DNA of 30,661 bases from a candidate division WOR-3 bacterium (lineage in GTDB: Bacteria; Hydrothermota; 32-111; QNBC01). The stretch is from the NCBI GenBank assembly GCA_015486655.1, contig WFRF01000194.1, forward strand, positions 1-30,661, given 5' to 3'. Positions 1 to 9,308 of this stretch are shown one piece after another (position 1 is the first letter of the stretch; each line of letters starts with the position of its first letter). Below the pieces are notes generated by a model, which worked only from the letters and a program-made list of their open reading frames with translations, ran no database searches and had not been told where the DNA came from. Both the position numbers and the translations under genes were made by a program.

Positions 1-655
1 ACAGAGGTTCCATATCCACTCCCAAAGAGTATTTTTCATTGACGTAATCACATAGTTTGAAAGCGACAAGACATCCGGCTATTTCACTGAAAGGATATTT
101 GGAATCCTTTCTCTTTGGATTTACCACAGCTAAGGCATTTGGTATATGTTCCTTTGTCTCGTGATGATCGGTAATAATTACATCAATTCCGGCATTATTC
201 GCTCTGGTAATCTCCTCAAATGCTGTTATCCCGTTATCAACAGTTATTATTAATTGGATTCCCTCGGATATGGCGTGTTGTATTCCATCGGATGATATGC
301 CATACCCTTCGGATGTCCGGTCGTTAATATAACTTTCTGCCTTTACGCCGATTTTTTTCAAGAAAAGTGACATAATGGCAGAAGCTGTGATACCGTCAGC
401 GTCATAATCTCCGTAAATCATTATTTTTTCATTATCGGATATAGCCTTATAAAAACGGTCTGCTGCTTTTTCCATATCAGGCAGTAATTTTGGGGAGTGT
501 ATGGAATTCAGATCGGTATATATAAATTTCAGGATTCTTGATTTTGTATCAATGCCGCGTGAGACCAGTATATCTACAACCAGCGGATGTAAATCTTCGA
601 TATAAATATCTTTTGAATGCGGATTTCTAAATTGCCACTTAGAATAGCGAGGCAT
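1..655 (-). CDS. recJ: Single-stranded DNA exonuclease RecJ (DHH family), 5' part; runs off the window start
   Basis: Manual translation from ATG at 655 (MPRYSKWQFRNP...). It contains HSPKLLPDMEKAADR, IYGDYDADGITAS, ITVDNG, IITDHHE and YPFSEIAGCLVAFKL, which are RecJ motifs. Not in the ORF track because it is truncated. Confidence 0.93.
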   Translation of the reverse strand, partial: MPRYSKWQFRNPHSKDIYIEDLHPLVVDILVSRGIDTKSRILKFIYTDLNSIHSPKLLPDMEKAADRFYKAISDNEKIMIYGDYDADGITASAIMSLFLKKIGVKAESYINDRTSEGYGISSDGIQHAISEGIQLIITVDNGITAFEEITRANNAGIDVIITDHHETKEHIPNALAVVNPKRKDSKYPFSEIAGCLVAFKLCDYVNEKYSLGVDMEPL

Positions 656-660
656 TACTT

Positions 661-1542
661 CTATTTGAATTTAAAGAGTTTTTGCCCGTTGGCAACTATC
701 TCATTCAGAGCATCTTCAAAATAGGTTGTATTCTGCAAAATTTGCGGAGATACTTTCTGTTGATAAAATTTCCAAGATTTCTTAATCTCAGAACCTATAA
801 GCTCAACAAGATTCCCCTGCTCCAATCCTTGTTTTACTTTATCTCCGTGATAGAGTTTTATATCCTTAGCCAGGGCGCGAGCAAGTTTTTTAGCTTTTTC
901 ATATTCTTTATTTTCTTCTTCCGTTCCTGCCGTCTCCAAAGTTGGCTCCGGTGTTTCGACAGGGGGTTCGATTGTTGTAGGAGCACCTGTTCCGCCGGGC
1001 ATTCCTCCGGTATTACTTTCAAACGAGGGAGTAGATTCCGGAGGCGCAGATTCTGTCTCCGTTTCACTTGTCTCATTCCCGGATAACGACTTAAATTTTT
1101 CCCAAAGAGCGGAAATTTTATCATTTGATACTGCGGGCTCAGGAGTGGGAGGTTCTTCAACTGCAGTTTCTTCGGGCTCTTGTTGGGGTTCCGGTGCAGT
1201 GGAAGTGTTTAATAAATCTTCAAAGTCGTTTGCAATTTTACTTTCATTGGAAAACTCTTCCGAATCGGCGGTCTCCGTTTCCATCTCAGGTTTTTCCATA
1301 TCGGGAAATTCTCCGGATTTATTTATGCCATACATGCTTTCGGTTGCCGTTCCTACGCTTTCATGCTCTTCCGTTGCTTCTGCCGCCATACCTTCGTAAG
1401 GAAGCAATTGTATGTTTGAAACCTCTTTATATATAGTAAATACATTGCCACAATTGGGACATTTTACGGCTGCTCCTCCTGCGGGAACTTCGTTCTCATC
1501 AACAATATATTTTTTATTACATTTAGGACATTGTACAATCAT
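661..1542 (-). CDS. MJ0042-type zinc-ribbon protein with an acidic Pro/Glu/Thr linker and a C-terminal helical domain
   Basis: N-terminus MIVQCPKCNKKY...VKCPNCGNVF (two CxxC), a low-complexity acidic middle, and a C-terminal AKKLARALAKDIKLY... segment. SD AGGAGA at 1547-1552 on the minus strand. Confidence 0.8.
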   Translation of the reverse strand: MIVQCPKCNKKYIVDENEVPAGGAAVKCPNCGNVFTIYKEVSNIQLLPYEGMAAEATEEHESVGTATESMYGINKSGEFPDMEKPEMETETADSEEFSNESKIANDFEDLLNTSTAPEPQQEPEETAVEEPPTPEPAVSNDKISALWEKFKSLSGNETSETETESAPPESTPSFESNTGGMPGGTGAPTTIEPPVETPEPTLETAGTEEENKEYEKAKKLARALAKDIKLYHGDKVKQGLEQGNLVELIGSEIKKSWKFYQQKVSPQILQNTTYFEDALNEIVANGQKLFKFK

Positions 1543-1559
1543 AATATCTCCTTTTCTCT

Positions 1560-1588
1560 ATTCTATTAAATATACATAAGAATGTCAA
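1560..1588 (-). promoter_or_regulatory. sigma70-like promoter for the zinc-ribbon/recJ unit
   Basis: Minus strand TTGACA (1588-1583), 17 nt, TAGAAT (1565-1560). Confidence 0.7.
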
Positions 1589-1641
1589 TAAGATTGCTTG
1601 ATTCCGAGGAGACAGGTATAACTCGCACATCTCCACTTCTC

Positions 1642-1670
1642 TTGACATTAGCCCCTTAATTGAATATACT
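1642..1670 (+). promoter_or_regulatory. sigma70-like promoter for the M6 protease unit
   Basis: TTGACA (1642-1647), 17 nt, TATACT (1665-1670); SD AGGAGG before ATG 1699. Confidence 0.75.
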
Positions 1671-1698
1671 CGTTTTATGATTATTTTCAGGAGGGCAA

Positions 1699-4600
1699 AT
1701 GTTTAAAAAATCAATTATTACGGTTATGGCATTTGTAATAATGTCATTTATTGCTACGAGTTTGTTTGCAAGTTTATCGTCTTTGGAGAAATTGAAGAAG
1801 AAGGATGTTTATAAAGTTCAACGTAGATATTACAATAAACTTATGGAGTTGTTTGAAAAGAATCCGGAGGCGAGAAAATATATAGAAGTTCCATTCAGAC
1901 CGCCGACATATTTACGAGGGAAAGAGCAGATTGTAAAAAGAGCGACCAATGTGGATACAATTAAAGTACTTGTTATAAGAGTGGAATTTCAGAAAGATAC
2001 CACTACATTAACCACAGGGGACGGAACATTTGCCGATACCGCTTATGGTAGCCCTTTTATTATAGATTCAACAACACACGACAGTTCGCGAAATCTTGCA
2101 TATGACCCGCCGCATGATTCACTTTATTTTCATGACCAAATGCTGGCGTTAAGAAATTACTATTTGAGCGATTTTAACGGACAGTTGTATATAGAATGGG
2201 ATCAATATCCCAAAACCCGGTTCGGCGGATACAAGTTACCGCATAAAATGGCATATTACGGTGATTTATACGATGTTGCCGGAGGGCTTTTTAAATTAAT
2301 GGATGATGCCGTGAGAGAAGCCGATCAGGATACAACGGCAAATATTCAATTCAGTCACTATGATTCATATATAATCTTTCATGCCGGCAGTGCCTGGCAA
2401 AGTGATTTGGGGGATTCTCCCAATGATATTCCCGCCGTTTACATAAGTAATTCGGAAGTTATAGGCGCCCCCGGGAGAGGAGAGAGATATGCCACAAAAG
2501 ACGGGGTTACGGTAAATGATGCCATTATTTATCCGGAAACAGCCCGTCAAGACGGGGACACGTTGTCCGGTTTGCAAGGAGGATTGGCCCATGAGTTCGG
2601 ACACCAGCTCGGTATGATAGATCTTTACGATGTATCAAACCGGACAATGGGTTGCGGGGGCTGGGCTTTAATGGGAACGGGCAATTGGAATGTAAACGGA
2701 CTTATTCCACCGCATCACATGGCTTGGCACTCGGCAATGCCGTTATATGTTCATCCTCATACGAATCCCAACTACAGAAGAGTATTTATCGATCCCGTTG
2801 TATTGGACCATGATACAAGCGGTGTTAAAATATTGCGAAGAGGAGAAAATGATAACGACAGTATTCCCAAGATATATAAAGTTCCGATTAATGCCCACGA
2901 ATATTATTTGATTGCTGACAGAATTGCATATATTTCACCGGATACAATATCGGCAAATCCCGATTCCAATGGGCTTAGAGTATGGAAAGACGGAGTACTT
3001 GTCAAATTAAACGATTATGACCAGGGCCTCCCTCCCGATTATGGCAGAGGCGGACTCGCTGTATGGCATATAGATGAAAACGTTATCGATTCTACAATCG
3101 GAGAAAATGCCGTAAATGCCGGTCCCGTCCATGGTATTAAAATGGTGGAAGCCGACGGTATACAGGATTTCCAACTCCCTTTAAGTGAGGTTACAAACGG
3201 AGAAGATGCATTTTACGGTTCTCCTTATGATCTGTATTTTTCGGGCAACAATGACAGTTTAACGAGAAACAGCTTTCCAAAGAGTTTGGATAATGAGGGT
3301 GGGTATACAAGGGTTGATATTAAGAATATAAGTGTTGACAGGAGTATAATGACATTTGACCTGAAGTTTAACTGGAAACAAAAAGGATTTCCCATTAAAA
3401 TTGATACTGTAGTGGATGTTAACTCTCCGGTTGTATGTGATCTTAATAATGACGGAGTTAATGAGATTCTGCAGAATACCGTTTCAGGAGGTGTATACAT
3501 ATTTGAACCCGATGGTACGCCGTATACCGGACATAATAACGGACTTGCCGCAAAAATGAGTTCCAGTGAAGCCTATACCGGTGATGCCATAGGGGATATA
3601 AACGGAGATGGGAGAAAGGATATCGTAACCGCTTCCACGGACGGTAAAATCTATGCCTATTATGCGGATTCATTTAATCTTGCCCATTATCTTGTTAAAA
3701 TAAACGGATTTCCGTTTTCCACGTCTGATATGATTCTCGGAGCTCCATTGCTGGCAGATGTTGACGGGGATTCCGTCGATGAAATAATCTTCGGTTCAAA
3801 TGATAACTATCTGTACTGTCTTGATTATAACGGCAATGAACCTGTTGTTAAATGGAAAGTTTATATGACCCAATGGATGTGGGGAACCCCTATCTACTAC
3901 AAAGGTTATATCTTTGCGTTGTCCGGGGACGGCAGATTATTCAAGATTAATGCGGAAACGGGGGATACATTATGGACAAGAGGCGATGCATCCATATGGC
4001 AGACGACAACGAGTCCGGTTATGGCAAATTTAACATCCAATGATACCATGGACATATTCTATACAAATGCCGATGGGAATATGTTGCTGTACGATGAGTA
4101 CGGAAATTTAAAATGGAAGAAACCCATACAGGATACTTCCGTATATACGACTTTCTACTCATCACCTGCTGTAGCGGATATAAACGGAGACGGGAAACCG
4201 GAGATAATCTTTACAGCCGGAGGCAAGGTTTTCGCTGTTTATCCCAACGGAACATTTCTATCGGGATTCCCTGTTCAGATTGACACCTCTTCAATTCAAT
4301 CCTCAATTACAGTGGGTGATATTGACGGAAATGACACCGCGGATGTTGTTGTTGCATCTTTGGGGGGTAAATTACATGCGATAAATTGCCATGGCAAGGA
4401 CGTGGTAAATTTCCCGTTCAGTCTCGGAGATTCATGTTTTTCAACACCTGCAATAGCTGATGTAGACGGTGACAGGGATATGGAGCTTATTGTGGGAGAT
4501 GAGGGTAAAATGCTTAATGTTTTTGATTTATCCGTACTCTATGATTCTGCCAGGGTTACATCACCTTTTCAACATAAAGATTTGAAACATAACGCCGTAT

Positions 4601-4929
4601 ACACGTTTAATCTAAGTCCCGAACAAACCGGTGAGGGGTTACCCATATTAAAGAAAAACAGTTTCTATCTATATCCTAACCCGGTAACAATTGATAATTT
4701 TAAAATAAGATTTACATTGAACCATCCTTCAAAAGTAACATATAGAATATTTGACGCTTCCAAAAATTTGAGAAAAAAAGAATCCGTTGATGTAAACGAA
4801 ACAGGATTTCCGTATGAAATACCCGTAGATGTTTCAAAGCTGGGGAATGATCTGTATATCGTTCAAATAACCCTTGAACACAATGGAAAAACAGAAAAAT
4901 ATTATAAAAAGCTCTTGGTGGCAAGGTAG
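1699..4929 (+). CDS. Secreted M6-family (immune inhibitor A-like) zinc metalloprotease with FG-GAP/VCBS repeats and a T9SS type-A-like C-terminal domain
   Basis: Signal peptide; HEFGHQLGMIDLYD zinc motif; repeated DxNxDGxxD/E motifs (GDINGDGRKD, ADVDGDSVDE, ADINGDGKPE, GDIDGNDTAD, ADVDGDRDME); C-terminal YPNP...LYIVQI...KKLLV. Confidence 0.85.
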   Translation: MFKKSIITVMAFVIMSFIATSLFASLSSLEKLKKKDVYKVQRRYYNKLMELFEKNPEARKYIEVPFRPPTYLRGKEQIVKRATNVDTIKVLVIRVEFQKDTTTLTTGDGTFADTAYGSPFIIDSTTHDSSRNLAYDPPHDSLYFHDQMLALRNYYLSDFNGQLYIEWDQYPKTRFGGYKLPHKMAYYGDLYDVAGGLFKLMDDAVREADQDTTANIQFSHYDSYIIFHAGSAWQSDLGDSPNDIPAVYISNSEVIGAPGRGERYATKDGVTVNDAIIYPETARQDGDTLSGLQGGLAHEFGHQLGMIDLYDVSNRTMGCGGWALMGTGNWNVNGLIPPHHMAWHSAMPLYVHPHTNPNYRRVFIDPVVLDHDTSGVKILRRGENDNDSIPKIYKVPINAHEYYLIADRIAYISPDTISANPDSNGLRVWKDGVLVKLNDYDQGLPPDYGRGGLAVWHIDENVIDSTIGENAVNAGPVHGIKMVEADGIQDFQLPLSEVTNGEDAFYGSPYDLYFSGNNDSLTRNSFPKSLDNEGGYTRVDIKNISVDRSIMTFDLKFNWKQKGFPIKIDTVVDVNSPVVCDLNNDGVNEILQNTVSGGVYIFEPDGTPYTGHNNGLAAKMSSSEAYTGDAIGDINGDGRKDIVTASTDGKIYAYYADSFNLAHYLVKINGFPFSTSDMILGAPLLADVDGDSVDEIIFGSNDNYLYCLDYNGNEPVVKWKVYMTQWMWGTPIYYKGYIFALSGDGRLFKINAETGDTLWTRGDASIWQTTTSPVMANLTSNDTMDIFYTNADGNMLLYDEYGNLKWKKPIQDTSVYTTFYSSPAVADINGDGKPEIIFTAGGKVFAVYPNGTFLSGFPVQIDTSSIQSSITVGDIDGNDTADVVVASLGGKLHAINCHGKDVVNFPFSLGDSCFSTPAIADVDGDRDMELIVGDEGKMLNVFDLSVLYDSARVTSPFQHKDLKHNAVYTFNLSPEQTGEGLPILKKNSFYLYPNPVTIDNFKIRFTLNHPSKVTYRIFDASKNLRKKESVDVNETGFPYEIPVDVSKLGNDLYIVQITLEHNGKTEKYYKKLLVAR

Positions 4930-4937
4930 AGGTGATA

Positions 4938-5576
4938 ATGAGAGGTAAGAAATTGGCAATAGTTCTGATTTTAACACTTGTAAGTTTTTTCCCTATGTAT
5001 GGGAAGAATAAACCTTTGGCGATTACGATGTCGCTTATATTACCCGGATCGGGCAACCTGTATATGGGAGACAGAGAATCCGCCATATATCATTTCGGTG
5101 CCGAAGCCCTTATTGTCAGCGGTATATTACTGACAAACAATTATCATAATTCGTATATTGATAATGCTCTTAAGTATGCCAATATGCATTCAGGTGCCGC
5201 ATATAGAAATGACAATGATTATCTTACAGGGCTGGAATGGTACATGAATAATAATGATTACAATGAGCGGATAAGAGAAGATGCAAGATCCATGTATCCG
5301 GACAATCTCGAACAGCAAAAAACGTATATAGCGGAGCACTCGATTCCGGATTCTTTGGGATGGTCCTGGCAGAGCACGGATAATATGGACACATTTGCGA
5401 AATTGATGGAAAATTCGAGAAAAATTAAGATTGCAACCTACGCCATTGCCGCGGGTTTTGTAATAAACCGGATAGTCAGCGCTTTTATAACGATGCCGGA
5501 AGATCAATCGGTAAGAGTACGGGTTACAAATAATGTGACAGGGATAAAAGGTGAGATTATCTATACCTTTAAGTAA
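4938..5576 (+). CDS. Hypothetical exported/membrane protein, DUF5683/TM2-like
   Basis: Signal peptide, SLILPGSGNLY motif, hydrophobic segments. ATG 4938 is preferred over GTG 4932 because GAGGTG at 4929-4934 fits as the SD. Confidence 0.55.
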   Translation: MRGKKLAIVLILTLVSFFPMYGKNKPLAITMSLILPGSGNLYMGDRESAIYHFGAEALIVSGILLTNNYHNSYIDNALKYANMHSGAAYRNDNDYLTGLEWYMNNNDYNERIREDARSMYPDNLEQQKTYIAEHSIPDSLGWSWQSTDNMDTFAKLMENSRKIKIATYAIAAGFVINRIVSAFITMPEDQSVRVRVTNNVTGIKGEIIYTFK

Positions 5577-5961
5577 AATATGGAATCGAATAGTATACTT
5601 CTTTAGAGCGAACTATAAAATAATACTAATCTGGATAGGAATCCTTGTTTTTATAAAGGTAGCTTTCTACTATCATCTTCAAAAATCGGTTATAGCTTTC
5701 TTTGTTATTGTTTTTGGTTTGATTGCTCAGGCATTTACGGGATTACTGAGTTTGGTCAGTTATATACCTTTTATCGGCCCCATGATTACCAAGGTTATAA
5801 GTCTTCCCCTTTTTCTGCTGATAAACGGTATAACTTATACTACTACGATCTTTTTCATGAGAAAAAGAAAAGGAAAAAGGGATATTGTAATATCAAGGAG
5901 TTTAACAAATGCGTTACTTATCGGAATCGTTATCGGGTTCATACTCGGCAAGCTTTTCTAA
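5551..5961 (+). CDS. Small multi-pass membrane protein of unknown function
   Basis: 136-aa ORF with about 4 hydrophobic stretches and a basic loop (MRKRKGKRD). It overlaps both neighbours. Confidence 0.7.
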   Translation: MRLSIPLSKIWNRIVYFFRANYKIILIWIGILVFIKVAFYYHLQKSVIAFFVIVFGLIAQAFTGLLSLVSYIPFIGPMITKVISLPLFLLINGITYTTTIFFMRKRKGKRDIVISRSLTNALLIGIVIGFILGKLF

Positions 5962-8773
5962 GATCATTTTTCTGGTCTTATTATTTTCATTACCCATGTC
6001 CGGCGTTTTTGGACAGTATTTCGGGAAAAATAAAGTTAAATATAAAAATATGCATTGGAAAATGGTGGAAACTCCCCATTTCAACATATATTATTACGAA
6101 GGGGGAGAATATCTTGCTGAGTTTGCCGCTAATATAGCTGAGGACTCATACAGGGAGATTTCGGATAATCTGTCCTGGGAGTTGAAGAGGAAGGTACCTA
6201 TTTTAATTTATGATTCGCATAATGATTTTGAACAAACCAATGTAACACCGGGAATAATCGAAGAACAGGTGGGAGGATTTACCGAAATTTATAAGAGCAG
6301 GGTTGTGGTTCCATTTGACGGTTCTTATGAGGAGTTTAGGCATGTTATTAATCATGAACTGACGCATGCTTTCCAATATGATATACTGTACGGGAAGAAT
6401 TTGGCGGGGAATATAGTGACTCAGGTTACCACAAACGTCCCTTTATGGTTTATGGAAGGGATGGCGGAGTATGAATCGAGATGGATGGATCCGGAAACGG
6501 ATATATTTATGAGAGATCTGCTTTTAAACGGACAGTATGTTAAAATACAGGATCTGTGGATGTACGGAGGTTACTTAATCTATAAAGAGGGGCAGATGAT
6601 AGAATATTATCTTACCCGGACGTTCGGTAAAAAAGTACTTGGGGATATATTGTTTAAGTGTAAAACAGAGAAATCATTTGAAAAAGCCGTGCAAAGTTCA
6701 ACGGGGCTTACACTTAAACAACTTGATGAGGAGTTCCAGGATTATCTTAGAAAACGTTACTTTGGTTATTACGATAAAAAATCCGAATATAAAGATTTCA
6801 GTACAAGGCTTACAAAATGTGACAGTACCTATTTTCTAAATGCAGGGGGTTCTATTAGTCCCGACGGAAATTATGTTGCCTTTTTCTCGGACAGAACGGG
6901 AAGATACAGTGTATTTCTAAAAAACATATTCACTGACAAAACACATTTAATTATTGGAGGGGAAAAGACAAGGGACTATGAACAGATGCATATATTACGA
7001 CCGTATATCGGATGGTTCCCGGACAGCAAAAAATTCGCATTTATAACAAAAGCCGGAGCCAAAGATTGTATACACATTTACAGTTTATCCAAACACAAGG
7101 TTATTAAAAGGATATCGTATAATCTTAATGCAATGTATTCTCCTTCGATTTCACCAAACGGTAAAAAAATTGTTTTTACCGGAATAAACGACGGAATGGA
7201 AGATATCTATATCACGGATCTGTCCAATACAAAGGAATACGAGAGGTTAACATTCGATAAATATGATGACAGAGAGCCGGTATTCTTAAATGATTCCATT
7301 TTAATATTTGTATCAGACAGACCCATTGGGAAAACAAAGGAATGGAATTACGGTAATTATTCAATATGGGCATTTAATTTGAATAACGACTCAATGTTCA
7401 CTGTAATGTCGAGAAAATTCCACAATATATCAAAACCTGCCGTTTATAAGGATAATATCTATTTCACGAGTAATGATGAAGGGTTTGGAAATATATTCAG
7501 ATTATCTTTTACAACGGGTAGAGTAACCAAAATTACGGATGTTCTTTTCGGAATAAGTAATATAAGTATTTCCGGAGATGGGAAATGGTCCGTTTTTGAT
7601 GGGGTAAAGGGAATGCGAAAAGATCTTTACCTGCTTAAAAATATCGAAAGTCTCGGCGAGAAACAGTATTCGCAGGTCTCTTATGTCACAAGATACACCA
7701 AGAATGTAGGGCTGCATTATAAAAAAACAAAGGCAAAAACTGTTTTTAGTGCGGATATAATGACAGGGTATCTCGGATACTCCTCTTACGGGGGAACATT
7801 CGGACAGGGTATTTTCCTGTTCTCGGATCTTTACGGGGACAATGAACTCCTCGCTCAATTGGATTTGGGAAGTTACAATATAATGAACGGTAATTACTAT
7901 TTCCAATACATGAACAGAAAATTCCGATTCAATTTGGGCGTGGCATTAAGCAAGTATAATGATGTTTATTACTATTCAAGCCCCATTGCGGCGGTGGTTA
8001 AAAATACATATGGAATATCGGGGTATGCGGACTATCCTTTTGATAAATATACTAGGATTGAACAAACAATAAACTATAATTACTATGTTGATTCTCTCTA
8101 CATTTACTATCCCGAAGAAGGACAATATTTCCTCTCGGGAAGTTATTCCTACCATGGATTGTATCCCGGGGTTGCATTTGTTTATGATGATGCACTCGAC
8201 AGTTATATGGGATATATTTCGGGAAATTTATTCAGGTTGGATTTACAAAGATCACTTGTCTTTAACGGCAATATGATGGATTTCTATTATATTTTCCTCG
8301 ATTACAGACATTATTCAACATTTTTTAAAAAATACACTTTGGCCACAAGGGTGATTGGCGATGCCGGCGGCGGTTTGGATGCAAACAGATTTACTGTTAG
8401 CGGCGCAGACGGTTTAAGAGGATTTGATTACGGTGAAGTTAACGGCAAGTATGTCTGGTTAATACAGAATGAATTGAGATTCAGATTATTAAAAGACATA
8501 ATTTTTGATAATCCCATACCGATCAAATTCGGCAGCGTATACAGCGCCCTGTTTCTTGATATGGGGAGCGGATTTAATGACTTTAATGCGTACCAGCCAT
8601 TTTCCAGAAGCACAAACGGATGGCAATTGGAAGATATTAAAGCCGATGCAGGCATAAGTTTCAGAATCAATCTCGGAATCACGCTGCTTCAGTTTGATAT
8701 AACAAGACAATTGAATCTGATGCACCTGGAAGGAAACACGAGATACACGTTGAAACTTGGGGGACTATATTAG
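5909..8773 (+). CDS. Outer-membrane Omp85-family protein with N-terminal MA-clan peptidase domain and PD40/TolB-like propeller
   Basis: SD AAGGAG 5895-5900; signal-like segment then QYFGKNKV; HELTH plus downstream PLWFMEGMAEY; PD40-like repeats (ISPDGNYVAF, WFPDSKKFAF, ISPNGKKIVF, ISGDGKWSVF); C-terminal LRGF and FLDMG Omp85 motifs ending ...LGGLY. Confidence 0.8.
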   Translation: MRYLSESLSGSYSASFSKIIFLVLLFSLPMSGVFGQYFGKNKVKYKNMHWKMVETPHFNIYYYEGGEYLAEFAANIAEDSYREISDNLSWELKRKVPILIYDSHNDFEQTNVTPGIIEEQVGGFTEIYKSRVVVPFDGSYEEFRHVINHELTHAFQYDILYGKNLAGNIVTQVTTNVPLWFMEGMAEYESRWMDPETDIFMRDLLLNGQYVKIQDLWMYGGYLIYKEGQMIEYYLTRTFGKKVLGDILFKCKTEKSFEKAVQSSTGLTLKQLDEEFQDYLRKRYFGYYDKKSEYKDFSTRLTKCDSTYFLNAGGSISPDGNYVAFFSDRTGRYSVFLKNIFTDKTHLIIGGEKTRDYEQMHILRPYIGWFPDSKKFAFITKAGAKDCIHIYSLSKHKVIKRISYNLNAMYSPSISPNGKKIVFTGINDGMEDIYITDLSNTKEYERLTFDKYDDREPVFLNDSILIFVSDRPIGKTKEWNYGNYSIWAFNLNNDSMFTVMSRKFHNISKPAVYKDNIYFTSNDEGFGNIFRLSFTTGRVTKITDVLFGISNISISGDGKWSVFDGVKGMRKDLYLLKNIESLGEKQYSQVSYVTRYTKNVGLHYKKTKAKTVFSADIMTGYLGYSSYGGTFGQGIFLFSDLYGDNELLAQLDLGSYNIMNGNYYFQYMNRKFRFNLGVALSKYNDVYYYSSPIAAVVKNTYGISGYADYPFDKYTRIEQTINYNYYVDSLYIYYPEEGQYFLSGSYSYHGLYPGVAFVYDDALDSYMGYISGNLFRLDLQRSLVFNGNMMDFYYIFLDYRHYSTFFKKYTLATRVIGDAGGGLDANRFTVSGADGLRGFDYGEVNGKYVWLIQNELRFRLLKDIIFDNPIPIKFGSVYSALFLDMGSGFNDFNAYQPFSRSTNGWQLEDIKADAGISFRINLGITLLQFDITRQLNLMHLEGNTRYTLKLGGLY

Positions 8774-8774
8774 T

Positions 8775-9191
8775 TTACAGCAGTTCAACTTCGTAAGTTA
8801 AATTGACTCCTCCGTTTTTCAGCATTGCGGAAACGGAACAATACTTATCCTGAGAAAGATTTACCGCTTTTTCTATTTTTGTCCTGTCGTTTTCAGATGC
8901 ATGCATTCTGTATTTAAGATGGATATCCGTATAAACCTTTGGGTGTTCGGGGGCTTTTTTATATGTTATTTCTATCTCAAAATTTGAATACCGGACCTGC
9001 ATTTTATTCATAATTGACAATACATCTATTCCCGTACAACCTCCCAGGGAATGAAGGAGTAGTTCCATGGGCCAAACAGCACTATTTGTACCGTTTTGGT
9101 AGTTTGAATCCATAACAACGGAATGTCCTGAGGGGCCAAGTCCGATAAGTCTGTAAATATCAACATTTTTTACTATTACTTTATTTTCCAT
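8775..9191 (-). CDS. OsmC/Ohr family protein (YhfA-like)
   Basis: PMELLLHSLGGCTGIDV and KYCSVSAML with the two conserved Cys; SD GGAGG upstream. Confidence 0.9.
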   Translation of the reverse strand: MENKVIVKNVDIYRLIGLGPSGHSVVMDSNYQNGTNSAVWPMELLLHSLGGCTGIDVLSIMNKMQVRYSNFEIEITYKKAPEHPKVYTDIHLKYRMHASENDRTKIEKAVNLSQDKYCSVSAMLKNGGVNLTYEVELL

Positions 9192-9212
9192 ATAACCTCC
9201 TTACTCTTTTGA

Positions 9213-9240
9213 ATTATACAATAATAATTGAGAATTTCAA
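9213..9240 (-). promoter_or_regulatory. sigma70-like promoter for the OsmC gene
   Basis: Minus strand TTGAAA (9240-9235), 16 nt, TATAAT (9218-9213). Confidence 0.55.
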
Positions 9241-9308
9241 GCTGATGTTTGTGTATTGCCCTTTTGCAAAGAGGTACTGCGAAACAGTGGTATGTTTTTC
9301 TCCTAATA

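Noticed and set aside
9255-9295. GCAAA...hairpin with GAAA loop resembling a c-di-GMP-I riboswitch
   Set aside because: The second GCAAA/P2 element and P1 pairing are missing on both strands; only short weak stems are present.
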